NCBI GenBank assembly: GCA_963749655.1
Contig: CAVVOB010000014.1
Coordinates: 128,001-192,000 of the forward strand
Origin: Nitrospirota bacterium
Lineage (GTDB): Bacteria; Nitrospirota; UBA9217
Reading direction: 5' to 3'
DNA length: 64,000 bases
The position numbers and the translations under genes are program-made. The stretch's first letter is position 1. Each line of letters starts with the position of its first letter. Below are positions 1 to 10,254 of the stretch, piece after piece. A model generated the notes under the pieces. It was not told the DNA's origin. It did no database searches and saw only the letters and a list, made by a program, of their open reading frames with translations.

Positions 1-453
1 GGAGAGGATGGCGATGCGCCGCTGCCACAGGTCCCGCGACCGAGCAAGAGTATACAGCCTGCTGCGGCCGCTGCCCGAAAGGTGCTTTCCGACGATGTGC
101 GGAGCGCTGAGGTCGACGAGGTCCCAGTTGTTGATGTGCCTGGTGTTCCGGAGGTACAGGCCGAAGATCTTCTCCCTGGACGCATCATCGCCGGCGCGGT
201 ATGCACGCACGAGCATAATGAGCGCAAGGAGCCGCTCCTCGTGGATTGGCGAGGCGAGAAGCTTCATAATGTCCGACAAGGTGGCTGCGGAGAATTCCCT
301 GGCGACCTTCCGGATGTCGGGGACCATGACCCCGACGAACGCGTCCCCTTCTCCGTATTCTCCCGGACCGGTCTTGAAAAAGCGGCGCAGGACCGCAGCT
401 TTCTCACTGCTCGCGTATGTTCGCAACTTGCTTCGGATCTCGCTGACGCTCAT
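1..453 (-). CDS. DNA alkylation repair protein (AlkD-like HEAT-repeat family), 3' end outside window
   Basis: Manual translation of the minus strand from ATG at 453: MSVSEIRSKL...FFKTGPGEYGEGDAFVGV.VP..R...HEERLLAL...INNWDLVDLSAP..VG...LWQRRIAI, the typical family motifs. It is absent from the ORF track because it runs off the window. Confidence 0.85.
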   Translation of the reverse strand, partial: MSVSEIRSKLRTYASSEKAAVLRRFFKTGPGEYGEGDAFVGVMVPDIRKVAREFSAATLSDIMKLLASPIHEERLLALIMLVRAYRAGDDASREKIFGLYLRNTRHINNWDLVDLSAPHIVGKHLSGSGRSRLYTLARSRDLWQRRIAILS

Positions 454-750
454 GGAAAGAACTCTCGCCGTATCGCTGTAAAATCGTTTTTGCGCGGAGA
501 CGCCGGGGCGCTGAGAAAGGACTGGCCTGAAGCGAAAATAGTTTTTGGTTCGGATAGTTCTAAATTGACGGTTTCGTAAAATACCGGAAATCGCCGACTG
601 TCCGGAATGTCGCATGACCCATTTGAAATGGAACGATCCCGGAGTGGCGTCAAAGGCGTACAACCCGGCTTTTTCGACGTCACTATAATTGTTTCGGTTA
701 TGGCTTTCTTTGCGCCTTTGCGGCTTTGCGCGAGACAGCTTTTTGTTCCA

Positions 751-1203
751 TCATCCCGCCTGGGCCAGCTTTATTTTTTCGATGACCGCCTTCAGGATGT
801 CGGCCCTCGTCAGGATGCCGATGAGAATACCCTGGTCGTCGACGACGGTCAGCCGCCGGATCCTCCGCTCGTCCATCATGCGCACGGCCTCGGCGATATT
901 CGAGTCGGGATGGATGGTAAGGGCCGGCGTCGTCATGATGTCCCCCACGTGGTCGCCCAACCTGCGCTCGGGAAGCTTCTCGCCGAGCATATACTTGAGC
1001 AGGTCTTTGAACGTGTGCTCCCGGCCCACTCCCACCATGGACAGGATGTCGGCCTGCGTGATGATGCCGACGACCTTGTTTTCCTTGTCCACCACCGGAA
1101 GGCCGCTGATGTTCTTTTCCGTCAGGATGTTGGCCACCTTCATGATGCTTTCGAACTTCGTGATGGAAAGTACATTTTTCGTCATCACATCACGGACCCG
1201 CAT
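751..1203 (-). CDS. CBS domain-pair protein
   Basis: MRVRDVMT...ISGLPVVD...VGIIT..D and DIMT...IRRLTVVD..GILT..D: two CBS repeats. Start trimmed to the Met at 1203. Confidence 0.9.
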   Translation of the reverse strand: MRVRDVMTKNVLSITKFESIMKVANILTEKNISGLPVVDKENKVVGIITQADILSMVGVGREHTFKDLLKYMLGEKLPERRLGDHVGDIMTTPALTIHPDSNIAEAVRMMDERRIRRLTVVDDQGILIGILTRADILKAVIEKIKLAQAG

Positions 1204-1435
1204 CTCGAGCCCGATCGACGACCGTAAATGTCCCTCCGTCCTGCTGCTGTCTGCGCTGTCCATAACGATCTCCATAAAACAGTGGGATTGTGCGGAAGTG
1301 CCGATGAAAAAGGACGCCCCGCGGCCGGCACCGTCTTTGCCGGGCCGGTGCGGACCGGGTAGTACTATAACATAAAAGGGCTGACAGGTGAACTGCATAC
1401 TTTGGTTCGTGCTCCGGACGGATGCAGGCCTTCGG

Positions 1436-1474
1436 AAAAATAGGGACGCAGGCATGTGACTCCAGCCTGCGTCC
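1436..1474 (-). terminator. Probable intrinsic terminator after the dienelactone hydrolase gene
   Basis: GGACGCAGGC/GCCTGCGTCC stem followed by CTATTTTT on the minus strand. Confidence 0.55.
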
Positions 1475-1493
1475 GTCTGAAAGGAGCTGTGAC

Positions 1494-2297
1494 CTACTTC
1501 AAGACTTCGCCCAGTAACTTTTTCATGGCGTCCCAGGACTCTTGGTCCGCTTTCTTGTTGTACGCGAGGGGGATCTTGAACTTTTTCCCGTATGCCGTCG
1601 CGTCGGGGTTGGTAAAGCTGTGCAGGGCGCCGGGGTAGACGATGAATTGGTAATCGGCGCCGGCCTTCGTCATCTCGTCCTTGAACGCCGCGATCTGCTC
1701 CGGCGTGGTGAACTTGTCGTCCCCGCCGTGGAGCACCAGGAGCTTCGCCTTGATCGCGCCGGGTTCGGCCGGCTTGACCGCGCCCAGCATGCCGTGGAAG
1801 CTGACGACACCCTTCAGATCCGCCCCCTGCCGCGCCATATTGAGAACAACGCCGCCGCCGAAGCAGTAGCCGATGGCCGCGATGCGGGTCGGATCAACGG
1901 TCGGCTGCTTTTTCAGGAACTCCTCGCCGGCCGCGAACCGCGCTTTTGCCGTGTCGAAGTTTTTCATTACCTCGGACGAAAACTTGCCCGCATCATCAGG
2001 GTGCGAGGCCGTCTTCCCTTCGCCGTACATGTCCACTGCCAGGGCCGTGTAACCGAGACCGGCCAGCATCCGCGCCCGTTTCCTGGCATAATCATTGAGT
2101 CCCCACCATTCATGCACGACGAGAATTCCGGGGGACTTGACCTTGATCGCGCTGTCATAGGCCAGATAGCCCTTGAGCGTGACGCCCTGGGCCGAATATT
2201 CGACATTCTTTCCCACGATCTTTGCATGGGCAGGGACAGCTGCGGCCGCCATGGCCAAAAATGCAAAGCCCGCGAGGAACAGGATAATGCGTTTCAT
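1494..2297 (-). CDS. Dienelactone hydrolase family protein, secreted
   Basis: Signal peptide; HEWWG, GYCFGG nucleophile motif, HSF catalytic His. Confidence 0.92.
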   Translation of the reverse strand: MKRIILFLAGFAFLAMAAAAVPAHAKIVGKNVEYSAQGVTLKGYLAYDSAIKVKSPGILVVHEWWGLNDYARKRARMLAGLGYTALAVDMYGEGKTASHPDDAGKFSSEVMKNFDTAKARFAAGEEFLKKQPTVDPTRIAAIGYCFGGGVVLNMARQGADLKGVVSFHGMLGAVKPAEPGAIKAKLLVLHGGDDKFTTPEQIAAFKDEMTKAGADYQFIVYPGALHSFTNPDATAYGKKFKIPLAYNKKADQESWDAMKKLLGEVLK

Positions 2298-2467
2298 GAT
2301 AGCCTCCTTGATGTGAGAATCCTTGATGGCTGGTGCCTCCGACTTAAGATGCAGGAAGCGTTCTTCGTCCCTTGCTTGGCAAAAACGCGCCGAGAGGGCA
2401 CTCAGGGCCGCATCCTGAGGCAGAGGTCGTCATGAAATAATTGTACCAGAGACGGAGGGGGGGTGCT

Positions 2468-2935
2468 CTAGCGGTTCCGTTCCTTTATTGCGCGCTCCAC
2501 TTCGCGCTTCGATTCTTTTTCCTTGATCGTATCGCGCTTGTCAAAGGCCTTCTTGCCCTTTGCCATGCCGATCAGGACCTTGGCCTTGCCGCGCACGAAG
2601 TAGATCTTGAGCGGGATGAGGGTGTATCCCTTCTGCGTCATCTTGCCGATGAGCTTCCGGATCTCCTCCCGGTGCATCAGGAGCTTGCGGGTGCGGAGCG
2701 GATCGTGGTTCATGATGTTGCCGAAGGGATAGGGGCTGATGGTGGCGTTGAACAGGAAGACCTCGTCCTTCTTCACCAGGGCGTAGCTGTCGGTCAGGTT
2801 CGCGAGGCCCGCGCGCAGGGACTTGACCTCCGTGCCCTGGAGCACGACGCCCGCCTCGAGGGTCTCTTCGATGAAGTAGTCGTGGAACGCCTTGCGGTTC
2901 GTGGCGACTGCGGATTCCTGTTTCTTCTCGGTCAT
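2468..2935 (-). CDS. smpB: SsrA-binding protein SmpB
   Basis: [33 protein letters not shown] motifs. Confidence 0.97.
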   Translation of the reverse strand: MTEKKQESAVATNRKAFHDYFIEETLEAGVVLQGTEVKSLRAGLANLTDSYALVKKDEVFLFNATISPYPFGNIMNHDPLRTRKLLMHREEIRKLIGKMTQKGYTLIPLKIYFVRGKAKVLIGMAKGKKAFDKRDTIKEKESKREVERAIKERNR

Positions 2936-3008
2936 GGGGCCATGATACACGATGCTGGACCGGGAAGCAAGCGGACAGGCTATGATGCCGACGCGGAGCG
3001 CCGGATGG

Positions 3009-3431
3009 TCATGCGGCTTTTCTGCCCCGGGAAGCGTTCATGCGGACTTCAAGATATTCCTTCAGCGCAACGGCGTTGTTGATGCGCTCCTCTTTCGAAC
3101 CGAACAGCAGGGTCACCGTGCCTTGCATCGAGTAGTTCGCGATCTGGCCGATCAGGTCTTCCTTCCCCCGCAGTTCCGTGAAGAACCGCTTTTTGAACCC
3201 GCCCCACTTGTCCGGATCATGATTGAACCAGATCCTGAGTTCGTTGCTCGGGCTGAGCTCCCTGAACCATGCATCGATTCGCGCCTCCTCTTTTCTGAGC
3301 CCTCTCGGCCAGAACCGGTCGACCAGGATACGCTTTCCGTCGTGCGGCGACGGCTCGTCATAAACGCGTTTGATCTTTATCACGACGACTCCTGTCCTTT
3401 CTGTCAATGGATGAACGGCAGAAACAATCAT
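3009..3431 (-). CDS. DUF488/YeaO family protein (true start probably ~3385)
   Basis: KRVYD...[32 protein letters not shown] motifs. Confidence 0.9.
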   Translation of the reverse strand: MIVSAVHPLTERTGVVVIKIKRVYDEPSPHDGKRILVDRFWPRGLRKEEARIDAWFRELSPSNELRIWFNHDPDKWGGFKKRFFTELRGKEDLIGQIANYSMQGTVTLLFGSKEERINNAVALKEYLEVRMNASRGRKAA

Positions 3432-3471
3432 TGTCGCGGCCGTTCGATCCTGCGCGTCTTACAGCGTAAGG

Positions 3472-3858
3472 TCAGAGCTGTGCGCTCGCTTCCTCGACTT
3501 TGACGGCAAGCACTCCCCTGGCCCAGGGGAATTTTTTCTTTGCCGCCGCGAAGCGGTCCCCGGAGGTCTCGATCGTTCCCGTGCCCCTGACCCTGCATCC
3601 CTTCCCCGGCCCGTTCGCGCCCTGCACCTGCTTTGTGGCGAAGAGCAATTCTATCCTGCTGTCCGACTGAAGATTCCGTTCCGTGGCGCGGTAACCGCCG
3701 ACCGGCACAAATAGCATCCCGTCATCGCCGTTGCTCAAGACCCGGATATAGTCACCCCACGTTCCCGCAAGATGAGCCCCCTCAACGCCTGACGTCGCAA
3801 TCGCAACCCATTCGGCTTTTTCGATGACTGCTTTGCATGCATTTTCTATTTTTGACAT
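3472..3858 (-). CDS. FMN-binding protein, pyridoxamine 5'-phosphate oxidase-like
   Basis: VAIATSG..GAHL..TW..Y, T..NL, G.GCR..GTG, FPWARG, as in Desulfovibrio-type FMN-binding proteins. Confidence 0.8.
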   Translation of the reverse strand: MSKIENACKAVIEKAEWVAIATSGVEGAHLAGTWGDYIRVLSNGDDGMLFVPVGGYRATERNLQSDSRIELLFATKQVQGANGPGKGCRVRGTGTIETSGDRFAAAKKKFPWARGVLAVKVEEASAQL

Positions 3859-3899
3859 AATGGATCTCCTTCTCGGTGCTGATGTCGCTCCTTCCCCTT

Positions 3900-4421
3900 T
3901 CATTCCCCTTCATCGGAGATGAGCCCGGCCTTCCTGAGAAGCCGGAATGTCCTTTTCCGTTCCTCCTCGGCGTTGAGCTCGAAAACATTCTCGCGGTGCT
4001 CTGCGTATCTGTCGAAGGCGAAGAGGACCATGTCGTCGATGACGGCGTCCCAGGCTGTCAGTTCCTCACTCCAGCGCGGATCGTTCACGATCGTGCTTCC
4101 CAATTCGCTTCGTACAGCCTTTTTGAGCGCGATGAAAAACTTCAGGGAGTGGGACGCTGCTATAGCGCTTGTTGCCCTGATTCCCACAATGCTGTCCAGA
4201 AACCTCGATGTGTCCTCGTCCAGAACGCCCAGAAGAAGGGCGTCGAAAAGTGCATTCAGCCCTGCTTCAAGGTCGCTGTACCGTGCCCCGGCCAGGAGAG
4301 ACAGCTGCTTTTCCGCAAAATCGGGCGAGCTGCCCGCGGGGGCAGCCAGCACGGCTTCGTGCCATGCATTTACAATGGCGGATTTTCTTTCCCGCAGCAA
4401 TTGTTTCAGTTCTGCATTCAC
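3900..4421 (-). CDS. DsrT-like (RsbRD N-terminal domain) protein
   Basis: LD.IV.IRA......S.SL.F...LKK..R.EL...ID...L.AFD.Y...RE..FEL.A.E...RT..LL..A pattern characteristic of DsrT/RsbRD_N proteins. Confidence 0.7.
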   Translation of the reverse strand: MNAELKQLLRERKSAIVNAWHEAVLAAPAGSSPDFAEKQLSLLAGARYSDLEAGLNALFDALLLGVLDEDTSRFLDSIVGIRATSAIAASHSLKFFIALKKAVRSELGSTIVNDPRWSEELTAWDAVIDDMVLFAFDRYAEHRENVFELNAEEERKRTFRLLRKAGLISDEGE

Positions 4422-4448
4422 CAGACTTGCCTCCCGGCCCGACCTGCC

Positions 4449-4889
4449 TCAGTCCCCTTTCAGCTTCAGGTACTCTCCGATCAGGATTGCTGCGGGATAA
4501 AGGACCTCTTCCTCGGTCTGTGCGTGCAGTATCAGCCTTTCAGCGAGCTGCACATATTCATCCCGTTTCTCTTCCCTCGCGGCCTCCATGAGCGCATGGA
4601 GCGCGATCACAACGGCCTTATGCTCATGGAGCATGTGTCCGAAGTCCGCTTTTAATTTGTCCGTCATGGCGATCACGCCTCCGCGGTCCGGCGGGACCTC
4701 TCCCGCCGCGAGCCCCGGCAAAAGCCCGAGCGGAGGCATGGCGTATTCCTCTTCCTTTGCAAAATGGGGATGGAGCGCCTGCGCAACTGCCTTGGCGGCA
4801 AGAGCAGTTCTGCCGCCTGCCTTCGTCGCGGCAACAAGTTCGGCATGAAGCTCTTCATGTTCACGCTTGAGCGATGCTGGTGCTATCAT
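4449..4889 (-). CDS. Hemerythrin (HHE) domain protein
   Basis: EH..LH, HF.KEE, EH, H...EE.VLYP motifs. Confidence 0.8.
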   Translation of the reverse strand: MIAPASLKREHEELHAELVAATKAGGRTALAAKAVAQALHPHFAKEEEYAMPPLGLLPGLAAGEVPPDRGGVIAMTDKLKADFGHMLHEHKAVVIALHALMEAAREEKRDEYVQLAERLILHAQTEEEVLYPAAILIGEYLKLKGD

Positions 4890-4988
4890 GGCAGATCATC
4901 CTTTCTTTCCGCTCCCGTATCCCTCTTCTCTTTCATTAAAATTCTACCACCGCTGGCCGGGCCACAACACCCGGGAATTCCCTGTTCA

Positions 4989-5552
4989 TCACTGTATCGC
5001 GTTCAGGTGGTCCTTGAGGTAGGCAATCTTTTGCCTCAGGCCGTATCGTACCTGCGGTTCCTTTACGCCTGTTCCGTCAAGGAGGACGGCATAGACAACC
5101 CGTGATGACCGGAGGATGAGATAAAAATAGTCGTCTGCCCGGTAGAGGTAGGTCTCATCGACTTTATAGAGAGCGGGGTCTACCGTTTCTTCCTCGCCGA
5201 AAATGCGGGGGGAGGACTCAGGAATCATCTGCTTGAAATATTCGCGCGCCTGCCCGAGCGTCGGAGGGATATTCACGAGACACAGGTATTTTACTTCCCT
5301 GCCCTGCGACCCCACCATGATCGTTCCATATACGCCGCTGAACCCGAACTGCGTGGTGTCTATTTTGAGAAAAATATACGGCACGCCCTCGGGCGTCATT
5401 TTGTGCCAGTACCGATCGATCGGGAAACTCACGATCTCCGCAGGCACAAAGAGGTACTTCCTGTCCGCAGAAGTGACTTCATGCCCTCCCGAACAGGCCG
5501 CAGCCAAAAAAACAAGCGCTGTACTCAACGCGAAGACCGGTGATCGTATCAT
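4989..5552 (-). CDS. Hypothetical lipoprotein
   Basis: Hydrophobic N-terminus ending in LAAAC lipobox; clean ORF. Confidence 0.65.
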   Translation of the reverse strand: MIRSPVFALSTALVFLAAACSGGHEVTSADRKYLFVPAEIVSFPIDRYWHKMTPEGVPYIFLKIDTTQFGFSGVYGTIMVGSQGREVKYLCLVNIPPTLGQAREYFKQMIPESSPRIFGEEETVDPALYKVDETYLYRADDYFYLILRSSRVVYAVLLDGTGVKEPQVRYGLRQKIAYLKDHLNAIQ

Positions 5553-5612
5553 ATCGTTCCCCCCGACCGTGTTCCGGCAGAGACCGCATCAAAGGATCAA
5601 AAGACCGCCCGT

Positions 5613-5843
5613 TCATCCTACGTGGATGATCGCGACAGGGCAGGCATCAGCGGCCTCATTCACCTTGTCCTTCAGGGTGTCAGGAAACTGTCCGCTTGCC
5701 GGATCGCCTCCTACCTGATACTTGGGAACGACCTGGCTCCAGCTGTCCACGGAGTTCTGTTCAAAGACCTCAGGGCACATTGTCCAGCACGATTCGCAGC
5801 TGATGCACTGATCCCTGTCGATCGTCACGCCTATGTTCGCCAT
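5613..5843 (-). CDS. Single-cluster [4Fe-4S] ferredoxin
   Basis: CISCESC...CP and distal ACPV; Met start at 5843 with upstream GAGGGG. Confidence 0.9.
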   Translation of the reverse strand: MANIGVTIDRDQCISCESCWTMCPEVFEQNSVDSWSQVVPKYQVGGDPASGQFPDTLKDKVNEAADACPVAIIHVG

Positions 5844-6086
5844 CACGACACCCCTCAACCTTGAATTTATTTTTTCTGGTCCTCGTCGCAAACCGGTTCT
5901 CATTCGTGGCAGCTTCCGGGGATGGCCCTTTCGTACCCGAACTCGACAAGCCGGACGTTCCTCCTGTTCTGGAAACACCCGCTTCAGTATTGATATAAAT
6001 AATTATACATAAATCGGAACTGATATTCTTTTTGAACTGAGCCTCCGGGAAACTATCTCTCCCTCCTCGTTCATGCCCTTTACGTC

Positions 6087-6124
6087 AAAAAAAACCGGAG
6101 GTCGCCCTTCAGGGACCTCCGGTT
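6087..6124 (-). terminator. Intrinsic terminator
   Basis: AACCGGAGGTC...GACCTCCGGTT stem followed by a T-tract on the minus strand, just downstream of the 6166-6846 gene. Confidence 0.8.
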
Positions 6125-6165
6125 GGGATACCTCTATTGTTCATTCATTATTCGGCATGTTTTGG

Positions 6166-6846
6166 TTATGCATGCTGATGGGGGCGAAGGCTGCTGAGCA
6201 CCCTGCCGCTGATTGCCGTGCCGCTCATAAGGTTCGAGAGGCCGATTCCCAGCAATGCCACAAGGTTCAGGATTGCCGGGCTTAGTCCGACAATGGCGAG
6301 TATCCCGAGCGTAACCGCGGTCACGCCGAAGAGGAGGGATACACCGGCAGAAGCGGTCACCGCCTCACGTGCCACGTCCTTGTAGAGCTCGTCTTCACCC
6401 ATCCTGCTGATCAGCATCTCATCGAGCCTGGCCGAAATTCCGCTGCTGAATATCAAGGTGCCGCCGAATACGATGGCTGCTGCGGGCATAAGGATTGTTG
6501 GCGATACATTGAGAAGCGTCAGAATCCCCAGGATTATGCCGGTAATACCCCCGACAACCTCGGCGGTCAGACCCGAGCCCAGACCCGACACGTCGTACCA
6601 CTTCTTCGTCGCTTCGGCGAATAGCCTGGTGAAACGACGCGCCACGGCGCCTCCTTCGAACACGAAGGCGACGCCCAGGGCGATGGTCGACACCGGTATC
6701 ATGTAGCTCGGCATGATGTTGGCCAGACCGATGATCGCCAGCGCCACGCCGGCGCCCCCTGCGATCCCTTCGGCTAGCGAGCCGCCCTTCATGTACCGCT
6801 CCTCTGATCCTTCATAGGTTTCTGCAGTTGTTGCCATAAACCACAC
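6166..6846 (-). CDS. Hypothetical Gly-rich multi-pass membrane protein with internal repeats
   Basis: About six hydrophobic segments with a repeated E..G...V.L.ILG/IIG pattern. Confidence 0.7.
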   Translation of the reverse strand: MWFMATTAETYEGSEERYMKGGSLAEGIAGGAGVALAIIGLANIMPSYMIPVSTIALGVAFVFEGGAVARRFTRLFAEATKKWYDVSGLGSGLTAEVVGGITGIILGILTLLNVSPTILMPAAAIVFGGTLIFSSGISARLDEMLISRMGEDELYKDVAREAVTASAGVSLLFGVTAVTLGILAIVGLSPAILNLVALLGIGLSNLMSGTAISGRVLSSLRPHQHA

Positions 6847-7128
6847 TTCCTTTCTGGCAGGGCTGAGAATACATCCTGAGCCGCACCATACTTACTGCCG
6901 CTTCATAACTACCACATATATTGTATCGCTTCGGCAGCCACAGTCAATTGCACTAAAATAGTACCGTTAATGTCTGCTACCCACTTATCACACATGAAAG
7001 GATTATGAAAAGGAGGTGGTGATGGGGATGACACTGCGTGGACGGGGGATAGCTGTTTCAAATGCCCGCTATTGCGCGAACGAAAATAGCTCGGCAGGGG
7101 TTCTCTGCAGTTTTTTTTCGAAAGGAAA

Positions 7129-7846
7129 CTACTTCCCGAGGTACCGGTTGAGCAGATCTTCCGTTCCCCTCTTGAGAAATTTCTCTCCCTCCGACCGGGC
7201 GACCGCTGCCGCGGTCTCCCGTGCCAGGGCTGCGGCAACGGTTTTGGCCACCTCATCAGGCGTTGCGCCGCCGTTCCCGCCGATGTCGTTCAGCTCTATT
7301 CTCGGGAGATCAAGCATAAGCGGCTTGTCTCCCAGTGCCGCGATGCGGGCCTCTATGTGGCCCTTTTCGATCACGAGCCGTTTGATGGAAAGCCGCGTCT
7401 CTTTGCTTTTCGTTTTCTTCGCGGCATCCCGTCGCGGCTCCTTTGCCTGGAGGTTGGCCTTGAGCGCGTCGACGTTGGACGTCTTCGCCTGCGTTATTTC
7501 GTAGAAGACCTCGGGACCGGCGACGCGGATTTCCCGGATAACGATCGGAGATTTCGTGACGGATTTCACGGCGATCTTCGTCGAGAATCTCTCCCAGGCT
7601 GAATATATGCGGGGCTGAAAAGCCGGGTGGATTCGCAACGGTCAATCCTTTGATCGATGCCTCGCCGGACGAGAGCCGGATGCTCACGGAGGAAACGCGC
7701 ACCGCAGTCTTCACTGCCTGGGACCCGTACTTTTCGATGGCGCTTTTTACGATAAAGTCCAGGTTCGTAAGAACGTAGATGATCGAGCCGGTGATTACGA
7801 GCAGCACGACTGCCGCGACGATCAGAAAAGGTCTGCCCTTTTTCAT
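7129..7846 (-). CDS. AsmA-like membrane-anchored protein (frameshift ~7590)
   Basis: N-terminal TM, then NLD..VK.AIEKYGS...V.V.SV.I....GE..I.GL.V.NP.GFS; continues in ORF 7129-7638 (IVIREIRV.GP.VFYE...I.L.DIG). Confidence 0.7.
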
Positions 7847-7926
7847 AGTCCACTCCCTGTGTTTGCTTTTATTGTACCATGAATCCGGCACACGGAAACA
7901 ACAGGGACTGCGAAGGCACGGGGTGT

Positions 7927-8664
7927 TCACGGTCTTGTTTTCTCGAGCTTTCGCGCAGCGGCGGCGGTGTGCGAGGATTCCACGACCATCATCTTTCCGT
8001 CAAACCGTGCTGCGGCGCGGAACTCGGCCTCAGCCTCGTGGGGCTTATTCAGCGCGAGGAAGACTTTGCCGAGGTTGTAATGCGCTTCCGCGAAGCCGGG
8101 CAGGAGCCTGAGCGCTGCTTCGTATTCCTGCCTGCTTTTCTCGAGCGAGCCCTGCATGAAGAAAAGGTTCCCGAGATTGTTCCTGCATGCTGCCTCCGCC
8201 GGTCGGTTCCTGTTCGTCCGCGCGTCGTCGATCTGTATCCGGAGCGCTACCTCGAAATTGTGAAACGCATCCGCGTAACCGGGCCGCAGGGCGAGAGCCG
8301 CCCGGTACTCCGGGGCCGCTTCCGCGGCCCTGCTGAGCCTGAGGAGCGCATTGCCGATATTTTAGTGGGTGACCGGATCCAGGGGATCGAGCAGTGCCGC
8401 GGCGCGGTACTCTCCGAGCGCCTTTCCGCTTCGCCGCTGATCGGAATATAACCTGCCGAGGTTGTAGTGGGGCCGCGCCTTTGCCGGGCTTTTCGCAGCG
8501 GCATCCTCCCAAAGCAGGATTGTCGAGTAATAGGCGGAGTTTCTCGCAAGAGACGCTGCTCCGAGGGCAAGCAGAATAACGACCGCGGCTGCGGCCTGAA
8601 CGATGGCGATCGGGACCGCGAATTTCGTACGCTGCGGCGGATTTGCTTTTTTCATGACTGGCAT
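7927..8664 (-). CDS. Membrane-anchored TPR protein, paralogue of 10255-10857 (several frameshifts)
   Basis: ARN..Y....LWEDA..KSP.KARPHYNLG plus TPRs, split over ORFs 8362-8664 and 7927-8157. Confidence 0.75.
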
Positions 8665-8671
8665 GGGCGGC

Positions 8672-10063
8672 CTATTTTATCGCATAGAGCTTGGAATCAA
8701 CCGACCCCACGTAGAGGGTCCCGTCAGCTCCGATGGCAGGGGAGGAGTAGATACCATTCCCTGTAGGGTAGCTCCACTTGAGCGTGCCCGAGGAATTCAG
8801 CGCGTAAAGTTTGCTGTCCCATGACCCTACATAAACGGTCCCGTCAGCACCGATGGCGGGAGAAGAGAAGACAGAGCTTCCGGTCGCGAAGCTCCACTTG
8901 AGGCTGCCGTCGGATTTGATTGCATACAATTTAGAGTCCTGCGACCCAACGTACACGGTTCCGTCGGCGCCGACAGCTGGGCATGACCTGACCGATTGAC
9001 CCGTCACATAACTCCACTTGAGGCTGCCGTTTGGTCTGATCGCATACAGCCTGGTATCCCCCACTCCTGAACCTATATATATTGTCCCGTCTGGTCCTAT
9101 GGCAGGAGAAGACCTGAGCATGGCGGAGCCGCCGGTGGCGTAGCTCCACAAGAGGCTGCCGTCTGGCCTGATCGCATACAGCTTATTATCATCCGACGCG
9201 ACGTACACGGTCCCATCTGTGCCCAGGGCGGGAGAAGACCACACGATGCTGCCCGTCGCATAGCTCCACAGGAGGCTGCCGTCGGATTTAAACGCATACA
9301 ATTTGTTGTCATACGATCCCGCGTACACGGTCCCGTCCGCGCCGATCACGGGAGAGGAATCGACCATGTCTCCCGTCGCATAGCTCCATTTGAGGCTGCC
9401 GTCGGACCTGATCGCATAGAGGGTTCCGTCGTCCGACCCCGCATACATGGTCCCGTCCGCGCCGACGGCAGGTGAAGAGTACACACCGCTTCCTGTTGCA
9501 TAACTCCACTTGAGGTTGCCGTCGGACTTGATCGCATACAGTTTGTTGTCGGCCGATCCCGCATACACAGTCCCGTCCGCGCCGACGGCGGGTGAAGTAT
9601 ACACACCGCCTCCGGTCGCATAACTCCATGCAAGCGATCCGGTTGAGCTGGAAACAACAGGGCTCACGCCCGTGCCCTGAAGATCGCGCCGGAACCTGGG
9701 CCAGGGACTCAGACTCGTCACCGTCATGTCCGTGCTCAGCGACGCGGTCTCGGCGCCCGTGCTCACGACCAGGCCGACCGCGAAAATCCCCGGGATACCC
9801 TGCGAGGTCCACGTCTCGCTGCTCGCCGTGCCGATCCCGATCCCGCCCGCGGTCCACTGGTAGATCGCTGTCGCACCGGACGGCACCGACACCGATGCGG
9901 ACAGGTTTGCCGTTGTCACCACCGGCTGGGGCGTGATCGTGATGCTGCTGATGGTGAGCGGCCCGGATGTACTGCCTGATGAGCCGCCGCCCCCGCCGCC
10001 GCAGGCGAACAGCACGATCAACGCAAGCATAAGGATCATGAGCCTGACAGAACTGTGTTTCAT
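8672..10063 (-). CDS. PQQ-like 8-blade beta-propeller repeat lipoprotein
   Basis: LFAC-GGGGGG lipobox, Ig/PKD-like segment, WPRFRRD..TG.S, eight ~40-aa WSY.TG....SSPA.G.DGT.Y.GS.D.KLYA repeats. Confidence 0.9.
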   Translation of the reverse strand: MKHSSVRLMILMLALIVLFACGGGGGGSSGSTSGPLTISSITITPQPVVTTANLSASVSVPSGATAIYQWTAGGIGIGTASSETWTSQGIPGIFAVGLVVSTGAETASLSTDMTVTSLSPWPRFRRDLQGTGVSPVVSSSTGSLAWSYATGGGVYTSPAVGADGTVYAGSADNKLYAIKSDGNLKWSYATGSGVYSSPAVGADGTMYAGSDDGTLYAIRSDGSLKWSYATGDMVDSSPVIGADGTVYAGSYDNKLYAFKSDGSLLWSYATGSIVWSSPALGTDGTVYVASDDNKLYAIRPDGSLLWSYATGGSAMLRSSPAIGPDGTIYIGSGVGDTRLYAIRPNGSLKWSYVTGQSVRSCPAVGADGTVYVGSQDSKLYAIKSDGSLKWSFATGSSVFSSPAIGADGTVYVGSWDSKLYALNSSGTLKWSYPTGNGIYSSPAIGADGTLYVGSVDSKLYAIK

Positions 10064-10254
10064 GTCGCCCCTCCTCGCAAGTGATACTCGTCAACGGCCG
10101 GAAATTACCCCGGACAAGCCCGGAACCGGAAGGCATCTCCCGCTCGGCACTGCCCGCTGCCGCGGTCGAACCCACCCTCACCCCAGCCTCTCTCCGCGGT
10201 TAAATCATTCGAGGACAGTCTCTGAGGGAGAGGTGCAGGCGGACAAAGATATTT

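Noticed and set aside
8-683. ORFs 8-481 (+), 82-579 (+) and 450-683 (-)
   Set aside because: Shadows of the minus-strand alkylation repair gene or intergenic sequence; no recognisable motifs.
563-690. Degenerate inverted repeat (TTGACGGTTTCGTAAAA...TTTTTCGACGTCA) as a MITE
   Set aside because: Arms match poorly and there is no second copy in the window.
2300-3000. tmRNA (ssrA) next to smpB
   Set aside because: No GGGG..TCGA 5' end or T-arm/CCA 3' end seen nearby; no tRNA-like sequence recognised elsewhere in the window.
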